Positions 11,057 to 20,954 of a DNA stretch of 64,000 nucleotides are shown in pieces (within the stretch, counting starts at the first letter, position 1; each line of letters opens with the position of its first letter). The translations under genes were made by a program, and so were the position numbers. The stretch is taken from contig CAVPJU010000003.1 of the NCBI GenBank assembly GCA_963705505.1, forward strand, positions 293,004 through 357,003, given 5' to 3'. Source of the DNA: an uncultured bacterium. GTDB lineage: Bacteria > Desulfobacterota_D > UBA1144 > Nemesobacterales > UBA2774. Below the pieces are notes generated by a model. That model was not told the origin of the DNA. It saw only the letters and a list, made by a program, of their open reading frames with translations, and searched no databases.

Positions 11057-12040
11057 TCAGTTCTTCCTTTCCACAACATAATCGGCGAGCATGGCGAGTG
11101 AATTCTTGAAGGTATTGTCGGGCAGGGATGAAATAGCGCTTCTGGCTTTATGGATGAAGTTCTTCGCTACGGCTTTTGTTTTCTCGACACCGCTGTATTT
11201 TTCTACCAGCTCCCTTATTACCCCGAGCTCGTCATCCTTAAAACCGTCCCTCTTGAGGAGAATATCGTTTGCCCTGGACCTCTCGATATCCGAGACTACC
11301 TTGAGCGAATAAAAGAGCGGGAGTGTCATCTTCCCCTCGAGCAAATCCTGGCCCACCCCTTTCCCGAACTCCCTCTCGGACGAGGAATAATCGAGCGCAT
11401 CGTCAACCAGCTGAAATGCGACCCCGACGTTGAACCCGTACTGCCCCAAAGACCGCTTTACCTCGTCATCCGCTCCGGCGAGTATCGCGCCTACCCTGCC
11501 GCAGCTTTCTATGAGCGATGCTGTTTTATTCTCGATGATGCCGAAGCATATTTCTTCCGAAACCTCGAGCATGTTCTTTGCGCTCATGACTTCGAGCACC
11601 TGTCCCTCGGCGAGCTTGGCGGCGGCGTCCGTCACGGCCTTGATAAGCTCGAGGCTGCCGCAGGACTGTATCAGCCCGAGCGCCCGCGCGAGCATAAAAT
11701 CTCCCACGAGCACGGTAGCCTTGTTGCCCCAGACTACGTTCGAAGCGGTTTTCCCCCTCCTGAGCTCCGCCTCGTCGACCACATCGTCGTGAAGGAGGGT
11801 AGCCGTATGGATAAGCTCGAGCGCCGCAGCCGAATATATCCTTTCCTTGCCCGCCGTAAGACCGCAGGCCCCGCTCGAAAGGAGAAGAACCGAGGGCCTT
11901 AGCCTCTTTCCGCCGCTTCCGAGAAGGTATCTCGAAATCTCGTAAACAAGCGGAACGGGGGATTTTATATTGGCTTCGAGCTCGTCCTCCACTTCTTCAA
12001 GGTCCGGATTTATAGGGGAAAGAATATCGGAAAATTCCAT
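11057..12040 (-). CDS. ispB: Polyprenyl (octaprenyl-type) diphosphate synthase
   Basis: GGKRLRP, HDDVVD, FQLVDDALD. Confidence 0.88.
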   Translation of the reverse strand: MEFSDILSPINPDLEEVEDELEANIKSPVPLVYEISRYLLGSGGKRLRPSVLLLSSGACGLTAGKERIYSAAALELIHTATLLHDDVVDEAELRRGKTASNVVWGNKATVLVGDFMLARALGLIQSCGSLELIKAVTDAAAKLAEGQVLEVMSAKNMLEVSEEICFGIIENKTASLIESCGRVGAILAGADDEVKRSLGQYGFNVGVAFQLVDDALDYSSSEREFGKGVGQDLLEGKMTLPLFYSLKVVSDIERSRANDILLKRDGFKDDELGVIRELVEKYSGVEKTKAVAKNFIHKARSAISSLPDNTFKNSLAMLADYVVERKN

Positions 12041-12151
12041 CGCAATTTAAGTTATCTGAACAGTTTATAGAAGTCAAAAAGCCTAGAATATGTGATATTT
12101 AGAGTAAATGTTATATTATCTATGACGGTTTTAAAGACTCGATATAAGCCT

Positions 12152-15100
12152 ATGCTCCCGCTGACACTGAGTGTTAGAAATTTTTTAAGTTACGGTGAAA
12201 ATATCCCCTCCCTCGACTTCAGGGATTTCACCATTGCCTGCCTTTCAGGAAAGAACGGCCACGGAAAATCAGCCCTCATAGATGCGATGACCTGGGCCTT
12301 ATGGGGTAAATGCAGGGTCAAGAACAAGGAAGAGGTAATAAAAAGGGGAGCTACCGACGCCTACGTCGAGCTCGAATTCGAATCCGAGGGAAACAGGTAC
12401 AGGATTTTGCGGTCGATATCGAGAAAAAAAGGGGGGTCACAGGGCTCCATAGACCTCCAGATATTCGACGGGGGCTCGTATAAACCCCTCGACCAGGGAG
12501 CCAAAGCCCAGAACGCCATAGAAAAGATATTGAAGATGGATTACAACTCCTTTATCTGCTCTTCTTTCATACTCCAGGGTATGGCCGACGAGTTTACGAA
12601 GAGGACGCCTGCGGAGAGGAAAGAAGTATTGTCAAAAATCCTCGAGCTCGACGAGTACGAGTCGCTGACCAAGAGGGCCAGGGAGCATGCCCAAGTCTCG
12701 GGGCTGTCCGTGAGCTCGCTCGAGAACGAGGATTCGCAGCTCGATTGCGAAATTGCGCAAAGGGACACATTCGATAGTAAGCTCCGTGAGCTCAAGGCCG
12801 AGGAAGGGAAAGTTTCGGAAAGCATCGCCGAATTCGAAACGATCTACGGAAAACTCATAGGGGAGTACGAGTCGGTAAAGGCAAAGCTCGAGACCCTGAC
12901 CAGGCTGAGCGCGGAGAAAGCGGAGACCGGCTCCTTATGCCGTAAACTCGAAGAAGAGCACACAAGTATCACGGAGGCCATAAATAAAGACCGGGGTATC
13001 GTCTCGAGAGAAGACGAAATCTTAAAAGCGTTCGGAGAGTACGAGAACGTCCGTGAAAAGGAGAGGATTCTTAATGAAAAACAGCTCTCTAAGTCGAATC
13101 TGGAAAAGGAGATCGAGAGCGTCGGCAGTCTCATACAGAAAGAAAGGGCAAACTTGGAGCAGGAAATAAGCACTCTCAGGACCAGGATGGAAGAGTACCG
13201 GAAGATAATCAGGGGAACGGAAGAAACCCTAGGCAGGCAGGCGGAAATAGAATCCGGGTATTCGAAGCTCGGGGAAATAAAGTCGCTCGAAAAAGCCCTC
13301 GGCGAAAAAAGGAACGAAGCGGAAAGTCTCGATTCCCGGCTTTCCGAGCTCCATCAAGAGATCGGGCGGAAGAAAATTGAGCTCGAGACCAGGGCAAACG
13401 AACTATCCGGGAAAATCAACGAGCTCGCTATCAAATCCGCAATGCCGGGCAAGCTCTCAAAAGAGATCGGGGATCTGAAAACACGGATCGGAGAATGCGC
13501 GGAGGCCGGGCGAATGGCTGAGGAAATAAGGAAAGAACTCGGGAGAACCGGCGAAGAGCGTAAAGCTTTAACCGCACGGAAGGCGGAGCTGGAAAAAAGA
13601 AAGACCGAAGAAGAGCAAAAACTCACGGTGCTCGGCAGTCAGGTCAGAGATGCCCATTGTCCGCTCTGCGAATCGCCCCTCGAGGAGGACGCAAAAAACG
13701 CTCTCACAGAAAAGCTCGAGAACGCGGTCAAGGATCTCGATCACGAGATCGAGGGAATAGTGAGAGAATATAATAAACTCGAAAGCAAGGGGAAACGACT
13801 TAAGGACGATCTCTTAAAAGCGGAGGCCGGGATCAGGCTTCTTCCCGGACTCAACAAGGAGCTGGGAGTAAAAGAACAGGCCCTCAATGAGTCGATTGCT
13901 TCATCCGATGAACTACGTGAAGCCCGGAGCCGTCTCGATATACTCAATAAGGCCCTATCGAATGAAGAATTCAGGAAGGAATACGATAAAGAGCTGAATG
14001 AACTCGAACGGAGAAGAGCCGCCGTCGGATATGATTCGGAAAAACATGACGAAGCGAGACGAGGGCTCGAATCTCTGAGAAAATACGAAACCGAAAACGA
14101 GCTCCTTAGAAAAGAGATCAAACGTAAAAATGAAGCCGAGAGCGAGATCGGGAATGCGGAGAACGAACTCGCCCCGCTATTGAAAATCCTCGAAGAAGGA
14201 CGCTACGCGGATAAATGGAAAGAGAAGCTGACCGCGCTCCGGACAGAATTGGAAGGACTCGGCTACGACGGAGCGGAGCACGGTGAGCTCAAGGACTCGC
14301 TTAAGAAGCTCGAACGGTCCGCAGGGGAAAAAGAAACCCTCGAAAGAGCGAAGCTGAGCCTCGATCTGAGGGAGAATGAAGAGAAAAAATTGAGAGAGCG
14401 GATCGGGGACGAGAAACAGAGACTCGGGAAAATTGAAAAGGAAATTGCGGAGCTCGAAGACATAGAAATTAAGGCGAAAGAAATAAAGGAAAAGATGTCG
14501 GCTGCCGAAAGCAGGGTATCGGCGCTAAAAAAGCAGAAAGACGAGCTGCTGATCGGCATAAGCAGGAGCGAAAGCGCACTTCAAAGAATCGAAACGCTCA
14601 CCGCGAGGAAGAAAGAGCTCAAAGAGAAAATCGACAAGACCAGACATGAGCTACTGATATTCCAGGAGCTCACGAAAGCTTTCGGCAAAAACGGGCTCCA
14701 GGCCCTGATAATAGAACATGCAGTTCCCGAGATAGAGATCGAGGCCAATAAAATCCTGAACAAGCTCACGGAAGGCAGTATGGCCCTCAGCCTCGAGATG
14801 GTAAAACCCACCCAAAAGGGGGGAGAGAAAGAAACGCTTGAAATCTACATCGGAGATTCCTCGGGCACGAGGAGCTACGAGACGTTCTCGGGAGGAGAAG
14901 CGTTCCGCATCGATTTCGCCCTCCGCGTAGGGATCTCGAAATTCATAGCGAACCGCTCGGGTGCACAGCTGAGGACACTCGTAATCGACGAAGGATTCGG
15001 AACGCAGGACAAGGACGGTTTGAGTCACTTCGTGCAGGTAATAAACTCCATCAAGGACGACTTTGACAAGATAATCGCAATTACGCACGTCGACGAATTA

Positions 15101-15178
15101 AAGGAGAGATTCCCGGTGAGGATCGAAGTCACCAAGGAGCCGGGCTCGGGCTCGAGCTTCGAAGTGGTGTACTCTTAA
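12152..15178 (+). CDS. sbcC: SbcC/Rad50-family SMC ATPase
   Basis: Walker A GKNGHGKS, long coiled coil with CPLC zinc hook, FSGGE signature, Walker B LVIDEGFG; likely start MLPLTL at 12152. Confidence 0.88.
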   Translation: MLPLTLSVRNFLSYGENIPSLDFRDFTIACLSGKNGHGKSALIDAMTWALWGKCRVKNKEEVIKRGATDAYVELEFESEGNRYRILRSISRKKGGSQGSIDLQIFDGGSYKPLDQGAKAQNAIEKILKMDYNSFICSSFILQGMADEFTKRTPAERKEVLSKILELDEYESLTKRAREHAQVSGLSVSSLENEDSQLDCEIAQRDTFDSKLRELKAEEGKVSESIAEFETIYGKLIGEYESVKAKLETLTRLSAEKAETGSLCRKLEEEHTSITEAINKDRGIVSREDEILKAFGEYENVREKERILNEKQLSKSNLEKEIESVGSLIQKERANLEQEISTLRTRMEEYRKIIRGTEETLGRQAEIESGYSKLGEIKSLEKALGEKRNEAESLDSRLSELHQEIGRKKIELETRANELSGKINELAIKSAMPGKLSKEIGDLKTRIGECAEAGRMAEEIRKELGRTGEERKALTARKAELEKRKTEEEQKLTVLGSQVRDAHCPLCESPLEEDAKNALTEKLENAVKDLDHEIEGIVREYNKLESKGKRLKDDLLKAEAGIRLLPGLNKELGVKEQALNESIASSDELREARSRLDILNKALSNEEFRKEYDKELNELERRRAAVGYDSEKHDEARRGLESLRKYETENELLRKEIKRKNEAESEIGNAENELAPLLKILEEGRYADKWKEKLTALRTELEGLGYDGAEHGELKDSLKKLERSAGEKETLERAKLSLDLRENEEKKLRERIGDEKQRLGKIEKEIAELEDIEIKAKEIKEKMSAAESRVSALKKQKDELLIGISRSESALQRIETLTARKKELKEKIDKTRHELLIFQELTKAFGKNGLQALIIEHAVPEIEIEANKILNKLTEGSMALSLEMVKPTQKGGEKETLEIYIGDSSGTRSYETFSGGEAFRIDFALRVGISKFIANRSGAQLRTLVIDEGFGTQDKDGLSHFVQVINSIKDDFDKIIAITHVDELKERFPVRIEVTKEPGSGSSFEVVYS

Positions 15179-15242
15179 GGCGCTTCATGATTCACGTTCA
15201 GAGAAAACAGGCAGTAACTATCCAGGCTGCTTCCATAATAAT

Positions 15243-15848
15243 ATGAACTGGCTCGATATAACGATAGTCGCGATAACCGCTCTTTTTACGCTCATCGGAT
15301 TCTCGAGGGGGCTTGTAAGTCAGATATTCTCGATCGCCGCTCTCGCCGGCGGACTAATCGTAGCCTTTATTTTTTACGACGTATTAGGCGCAGTGTTTAT
15401 TAAGGAAAGACTCGTGGAAAACGAGTCTATAGCCAACGTCGGGGGCTTCATAATCCTCGCATTCGTTTCGTACGTAATCATTCAGCTCCTGGGCTGGGCG
15501 ACAACGAGACTGATAGGCACACTTCAGCTGAGCTGGCTCAACAGGATATGCGGAGGCATCGTGGGCGCGGTAATGGGCGCGGTCACAGCCTTTTTACTGT
15601 CCTGCTGTCTCGGCCTGTTCTACCCGCAAAATGATCCCGCTTTAAAGAACTCGGCGCTCCTCCCGTATCTGAACCAGACGGCGCTCATCGTAAAAGACGC
15701 CCTCCCCGAGGACTTCGAGAAGAGCTTCAATAAAGCGAGGGATCTCGTGCGTGAAGAGGGCTTAAAAGCCGCGATGAAAATCAAAGATTCCGAAGCGGTG
15801 AAGGAAATCCTTGATGACAATAAGGGCTCTCAAAAGAAAAAGGAATGA
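15243..15848 (+). CDS. CvpA family membrane protein
   Basis: MNWLDI...GFSRGL, LNRICGGIVG; four hydrophobic segments. Confidence 0.85.
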   Translation: MNWLDITIVAITALFTLIGFSRGLVSQIFSIAALAGGLIVAFIFYDVLGAVFIKERLVENESIANVGGFIILAFVSYVIIQLLGWATTRLIGTLQLSWLNRICGGIVGAVMGAVTAFLLSCCLGLFYPQNDPALKNSALLPYLNQTALIVKDALPEDFEKSFNKARDLVREEGLKAAMKIKDSEAVKEILDDNKGSQKKKE

Positions 15849-15951
15849 GGACCGAATTCCTATGCGGGAAACCCCGCGCGGTTTCCTCATATATACCGCA
15901 CAAAGGCGGGCAGCTTCCCTAATGCTGGAATTTCGGTAATATAATCGGGTT

Positions 15952-16965
15952 ATGATCGGCGTTGAGACTTTAGATGAATTCATCATCAGGAAACAAACCG
16001 AATTCCCCTATGCACGCGGGGACCTTTCGAGACTGCTCCGGGATTTGGGTCTCGCCGCGAAGATAGTCAACAGAGAGGTCAACAAGGCGGGACTCGTCGA
16101 TATACTCGGGAGCACGGGGGCGAAAAACGTTCAGGGTGAGGAAGTAAAGAAGCTCGACGTATTCGCAAACAGGAGATTCATTGCGGCGCTCGAGCTCGGC
16201 GGGCAGTGCTGCGGGGTCGCCTCCGAGGAAAACAAAGACTTCATAACTTTTCACGATGAAATATCCAAAGACGCAAATTACGTTGTGGCCATCGACCCTC
16301 TGGACGGCTCGTCCAATATAGACGTCAATGTCTCGGTCGGGACCATATTCTCAATTTACAGAAGAGTCTCACCATCCGACGGGCCGGTAACAGCCGGGGA
16401 CTTTCTACAAATCGGAAGGGACCAGGCAGCCGCGGGGTATATAATTTACGGCTCATCCACGATGCTCGTTTATACCACGGGATACGGCGTAAACGGCTTC
16501 ACTCTCGACCCTTCGATCGGTGAATTCTGTCTTTCGCATCCGAACATGAGCATCCCCAAAGCCGGCAAGACCTTTTCCGTCAACCAGGGCAATTACTACA
16601 GTTTTCCCGAAGGAGTAAAGCAGTACATCAAATACTGCAAAGAGCCGGACAAAGCGACAAACCGCCCCTACTCGTTACGGTACATAGGCTCGATGGTCGC
16701 GGATATCCACAGGAATCTGATAACCGGAGGCATATTCCTCTATCCCGCCACCTCGGATGCCCCAAACGGCAAACTGAGGCTCCTGTATGAGTGCAATCCC
16801 ATGTCGTTCATTGTTGAGCAGGCGGGTGGAAGGTCGACCGACGGATCGAGACATATACTGGACATAGCGCCCAGAGAGGTTCATCAGAGAACACCGATAT
16901 TCATAGGCTCGGAGCAAATGGTTTTAAAGCTGGAGGAATTCCTGAAGAAGCATTCTCGGGGCTAA
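15952..16965 (+). CDS. fbp: Fructose-1,6-bisphosphatase class 1
   Basis: [38 protein letters not shown]. Confidence 0.97.
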   Translation: MIGVETLDEFIIRKQTEFPYARGDLSRLLRDLGLAAKIVNREVNKAGLVDILGSTGAKNVQGEEVKKLDVFANRRFIAALELGGQCCGVASEENKDFITFHDEISKDANYVVAIDPLDGSSNIDVNVSVGTIFSIYRRVSPSDGPVTAGDFLQIGRDQAAAGYIIYGSSTMLVYTTGYGVNGFTLDPSIGEFCLSHPNMSIPKAGKTFSVNQGNYYSFPEGVKQYIKYCKEPDKATNRPYSLRYIGSMVADIHRNLITGGIFLYPATSDAPNGKLRLLYECNPMSFIVEQAGGRSTDGSRHILDIAPREVHQRTPIFIGSEQMVLKLEEFLKKHSRG

Positions 16966-17169
16966 AATCACGCCGCGCTCAAGCACCGCGCACTCTCCTG
17001 TTCGTAAATTCGAGAGTTCATAATTCGTACTTTGTAACCGCTCACAATCTCTTAACATTCTGCGATTATTTCACTCCGGACCGGCTTCATTAAGAGCTGT
17101 CTTTTTCACTTGACATTTCAAAGTCAGGGTGTATCGTTTCAGATAAATCACCGTTACAGGAGAATTATC

Positions 17170-17352
17170 ATGGAAATCGAACTTGAACTGCTTGAAAAGG
17201 ACGATGACTGGGAAGACGATGAGGACGAATGGGACGAGGACGAAGAAGAACTTTGGGATGAAGAAGACGAAGACATCCTCGATGACGACGAGGAGTGGGA
17301 CGAAGAAGACGAAGAGGAATGGGAGCAGGAAGAAGAAAAGCCAATCAACTGA
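17170..17352 (+). CDS. Small extremely acidic Trp-periodic protein (60 aa)
   Basis: AGGAGA Shine-Dalgarno at ~17158; TTGACA-N16-TATCGT at 17110-17137; 41 of 60 residues are D/E. Confidence 0.7.
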   Translation: MEIELELLEKDDDWEDDEDEWDEDEEELWDEEDEDILDDDEEWDEEDEEEWEQEEEKPIN

Positions 17353-17512
17353 GGAATACCTCACACAATTACAAATATCCCAATCAATTTCCGGGAAAAT
17401 CAAACAAGATCGTGATTTGAAATATCCGCCGCAAATTTCATCGTTTAATTCCTGAGACAGCAGGAATAGATGGACCTGAGGGATTTTAAGAATACAAGAA
17501 TATTAATGATGT

Positions 17513-17546
17513 TGGTGCCCGGGGCCGGACTCGAACCGGCACGGGC
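17513..17546 (-). repeat. Displaced 3' end of tRNA-Leu(TAA) (att-type direct repeat)
   Basis: 17516-17546 is identical to 18571-18601 (31 bp) and is followed by CCA on the minus strand. Confidence 0.9.
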
Positions 17547-17860
17547 AGAACCAGGCCCTCTCACCGACCGCCTCCATCACCAATATAGAGACTGAGCTGA
17601 TCTAGGATAATTGCAGGTTATCAATTTAGCTGGGGGTGGAAGGGGGCTTAATTAATTGAGAAGATTAATTGTGATTATGAGGCGCCCACTGTGCTGAGAG
17701 TTTGTTTACCCCGGCCCTTTGGGGTTTGTAACCTTAATAGACCGGGGGCCGTATCGAGTTAGAACTGTCAACGGTAATAAGAGAATAACATTTATATAGA
17801 GTGAAGAGCAGTGAAATACTAATTAAATCGGAGGTAAGCAGGAAGTTGTTGATTTGGATT

Positions 17861-18298
17861 TCAGGCTTCCATTCTCGCTTTCAGGTTAGCGTAGAACGAC
17901 TCCGCCTCTTGTTCGTTCAGCTTGACTATGAATCCTTCGGCCAGTTTCCCTAAGAGTGGAATGGGCACAGTGAAATCAATGTCGAGGGTCATCTTTGTAC
18001 CACCGGCCTCGGATTGAAATGTATGCAGGTGTGTACTCTCGATGCCGCCGCCCTTGGTTTTCATTCCCCAACGCCGGTTAGGAATGTACTCAGTAATTTC
18101 GCTGATTCCTTCAAAGCGCATTCCAGCCATCTTGTATACCCACCGCCAGCTAATTACAACGCCATCGGGTGATTTCTTAACGTCCTTGACCTCCATTAAG
18201 CTGGGCCAGACCTCCAGCAGGTTCATCGGTTCTATGAAGAATTCGAAAACCTTCTCTACCGGAGCTTTGATGTTGATGCTTTTTTCTATCTTAGGCAT
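17861..18298 (-). CDS. SRPBCC (START/polyketide cyclase) family protein
   Basis: IEKSINIKAPVEKVFEFF..P.NL.EVWP N-terminus; C-terminal helix ANLKARME. Confidence 0.85.
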   Translation of the reverse strand: MPKIEKSINIKAPVEKVFEFFIEPMNLLEVWPSLMEVKDVKKSPDGVVISWRWVYKMAGMRFEGISEITEYIPNRRWGMKTKGGGIESTHLHTFQSEAGGTKMTLDIDFTVPIPLLGKLAEGFIVKLNEQEAESFYANLKARMEA

Positions 18299-18570
18299 GG
18301 CCTATCGTCCCCCTTCTTTTTAGGCTTAACAGTATGACCCCACTATCTATACTCCCACGAAGTAGCGGTCCTTGTCAATCTAAACCTTCCTCACCTTAAT
18401 GATCCAACTAGGAAGGGGCGTTATTCGCTTTTTCCGCATTCATGGACAAAGAAACAGAGCTGAATAAAAGGAAGCCCCGAAGAGAATTAATGTGTTTCCC
18501 GAATTCCTGTTCGGACATATCAGCGAGGATATAGAGAATGTGGAAGGGCAGGTAATTGATATTGTTGATG

Positions 18571-18654
18571 TGCCCGGGGCCGGACTCGAACCGGCACGGG
18601 CGCGAACCCGAGGGATTTTAAGTCCCTTGCGTCTACCTGTTCCGCCACCCGGGC
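18571..18654 (-). tRNA. tRNA-Leu(TAA), CCA not encoded
   Basis: GCCCGGG acceptor, GGGAC-TTAAAA-TCCC anticodon arm, long variable arm, GGTTCGAGTCC T-arm. Confidence 0.95.
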
Positions 18655-18692
18655 CTGAACAATTTTAAAAGATATAAAAAAGAACCTGTACC

Positions 18693-18767
18693 TGGAGGCG
18701 GCGCCCGGATTTGAACCGGGGCATTGCGGTTTTGCAGACCGCTGCCTTACCACTTGGCTACGCCGCC
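18693..18767 (-). tRNA. tRNA-Cys(GCA)
   Basis: GGCGGCG acceptor, CTGCAAA anticodon loop, GGTTCAAATCC, ends TCCA. Confidence 0.96.
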
Positions 18768-18917
18768 TTTTCACATATTACCGAACTAATGAGGTACGAA
18801 CACACCGTCATTAGTAATAAGAAGCCCTAAATTATGAACGACATTTTAAGATTTTCAAGCGAACGTAGCACCCGGAACATATAGACAATACACCCCGGCA
18901 GGTTATATAAAGACGCA

Positions 18918-19709
18918 CTAAACACACATGATCCCCTTAAAAACCGTAACCGCCTTGCCGACCAGCACCACCCTCTCCCCTTTTACGCGCACACCGATCA
19001 CGCCACCGCGCTCGGAAGCCTGATAGGCGAGGAATTCGGCTTTCCCGAGCTTCTTTTCCCAATAGGGACCTAAGCAGCAGTGGGCGGAGCCGGTTACCGG
19101 GTCTTCATTTATCCCCGAAGCGGGGCCGAAAAACCGTGAGACGAAATCGTATTCCGGGGAATCAGAAACGCTCGTGACCATCACGCCGCGGACAGGTATT
19201 GTCGCAAGGAGTCCGAAGTCGGGTTTGAGGTTCCTCACTATCTCCGCGGATTCCGCTTCCACGAGATAATCGAACCTGTTCCTGCCGATATACACCGGCT
19301 TGACGCCGAGAGATTCGGTTAACTCCGGAGGAGCATCCGTCATACGCTCGGGCTCGGAGGGGAAGTCGAGCTCGATCGAGCCTCCGCTCATTGCAGCGGT
19401 AAGGACGCCGCTCAGGGTGTAGAACTCAATTACTTCGTCACGGCCAACGCGTCCTTCCCCCCACAGGATGTGCGCGCTTGCAAGCGTGGCGTGACCGCAA
19501 AGATCGACTTCGACCGCAGGCGTGAACCAGCGGAGGTTAAATCCTTTATTTTCCCTGTACAAAAACGCGGTTTCGGAGAGGTTCATCTCGCGCGCAACCT
19601 TCTGCATCCACACGGGGTCGGCGGGACCGGGCAACAGACACACTGCCGCCGGATTGCCGCCGAACGGTTTCTCGGTAAACGCATCGACCTGATAGATCTC
19701 TATCTCCAT
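18918..19709 (-). CDS. PhzF family isomerase/epimerase
   Basis: VDAFT..FGGNPAAV, EVDLCGHATLA, EDPVTGSAHC. Confidence 0.93.
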   Translation of the reverse strand: MEIEIYQVDAFTEKPFGGNPAAVCLLPGPADPVWMQKVAREMNLSETAFLYRENKGFNLRWFTPAVEVDLCGHATLASAHILWGEGRVGRDEVIEFYTLSGVLTAAMSGGSIELDFPSEPERMTDAPPELTESLGVKPVYIGRNRFDYLVEAESAEIVRNLKPDFGLLATIPVRGVMVTSVSDSPEYDFVSRFFGPASGINEDPVTGSAHCCLGPYWEKKLGKAEFLAYQASERGGVIGVRVKGERVVLVGKAVTVFKGIMCV

Positions 19710-19996
19710 TACACCCCCTTTTCTATTGTAAGCAGCACAAGCTCCCGTTAACCGGGCAATAAAATCACCTGACAGACTCTCCCGATATCATGATATTATC
19801 TCATGAAAACGGCCTCTATGAAGGCAGGGCGCAAAAGAATATTACTTGAGTTAATTCAAGCGATAACTTAAACTTAAACCAAGGGGGATATAACTATTCT
19901 CAAACGCGGAACCGGGATGACTATTTGACATTTTTCCGCTTTTCTTTATTGTTATATCGCATTTTTGTAAAAGTAATGGCTTTTTGATCGGTTTTA

Positions 19997-20028
19997 CCGC
20001 TTGGATCTCCTTAGGGGGACCGAGACGG
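19997..20028 (+). ncRNA. pan RNA motif-like hairpin in the panBCD leader
   Basis: CCGCTTGGATCTCCTTAGGGGGACCGAGACGG bulged hairpin in the 5' UTR of a pantothenate operon, the typical context of the pan motif. Confidence 0.65.
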
Positions 20029-20095
20029 AGGAAGAGTTAAAATGACAAAAGAGGGACGGAACTTAAGCCGTACCCGGCATGAATGTGAAGAAAAC

Positions 20096-20137
20096 AAGCC
20101 AGTAGAGGATTATTCCGTCCTCGATCTGGCTTTTTTT
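20096..20137 (+). terminator. Intrinsic terminator/attenuator upstream of panB
   Basis: AAGCCAG..GAGGA..TCCTC..CTGGC followed by T7; antiterminator GAGGGACGGAA (20051-61) can pair with TTCCGTCCTC (20113-22). Confidence 0.75.
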
Positions 20138-20153
20138 GTATGAGGCGGCTCGA

Positions 20154-20954
20154 ATGAAAAAAAGGACAGTGCCTATATTACGTTCAATGAAGGCGGACTC
20201 TCAAAAGATCGCGATGGTCACGGCTTATGACGCCGCGACGGCGAGAATGGTCGACGAAGCGGGTGTGGATATAGTTCTCGTCGGAGACTCTCTCGGGAAC
20301 GTCGTCCAGGGGCTTCCGAACACCCTCCCCGTAACTATGGACGACATGGTCTACCATACCAGGATAGTTTCAAGGGGGCTTGAATACGCCCACCTTTCGG
20401 CCGATATGCCGTTCATGTCGTATCAGGCCTCGAAAGAAGATGCCTTAAGGAACGCGGGCAGGTTAATTAAAGAAGCTGGGGCCGAGTCGGTCAAACTGGA
20501 AACGAACGAGGACTATCTCGAAACCCTGTATGCGATAAATAGATCCGGTATCCCCGTTATGGGGCATATCGGCTTATGCCCGCAGTCAATCCTGGAGATG
20601 GGCGGGTATAAGGTCCAGGGGAGAGGCGAAAAGGAGGGCGGAAGACTGCTCGAACTGGCAAAATCCATAGAGCAGGCAGGGGCTTTCTCGCTCGTTCTCG
20701 AAAGCATACCGCAGTCGCTGGCCAAAGAAATCACGGACGCGATAAAGATTCCGACTATAGGCATAGGAGCCGGACCCGGATGCGACGGCCAGGTGCTCGT
20801 TATAAACGACCTCCTGGGGCTGTCGCCCGAGCCTACGCCGAGATTCGTCAAAAAGTATGCGAACCTGAGGGAGCTCGTCGGAAAATCGACGAGGGCGTTC
20901 ATCGAAGAGGTCAAATCGGGGGCATTCCCCTCCGAGGAACATTCGTATGACTGA
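20154..20954 (+). CDS. panB: 3-methyl-2-oxobutanoate hydroxymethyltransferase
   Basis: MVTAYD, LVGDSLG, ADMPFMSY, GIGAGPGCDGQVLV. Confidence 0.97.
   Translation: MKKRTVPILRSMKADSQKIAMVTAYDAATARMVDEAGVDIVLVGDSLGNVVQGLPNTLPVTMDDMVYHTRIVSRGLEYAHLSADMPFMSYQASKEDALRNAGRLIKEAGAESVKLETNEDYLETLYAINRSGIPVMGHIGLCPQSILEMGGYKVQGRGEKEGGRLLELAKSIEQAGAFSLVLESIPQSLAKEITDAIKIPTIGIGAGPGCDGQVLVINDLLGLSPEPTPRFVKKYANLRELVGKSTRAFIEEVKSGAFPSEEHSYD

Larger units (their letters stand above)
17513..18601. mobile_element. Remnant ~1.1 kb tRNA-Leu-integrated island
   Basis: Bounded by duplicated tRNA 3' ends; carries one CDS and no integrase. Confidence 0.65.

Noticed and set aside
18520..18774. 84-aa ORF
   Set aside because: It overlaps tRNA-Cys and tRNA-Leu on the same strand.
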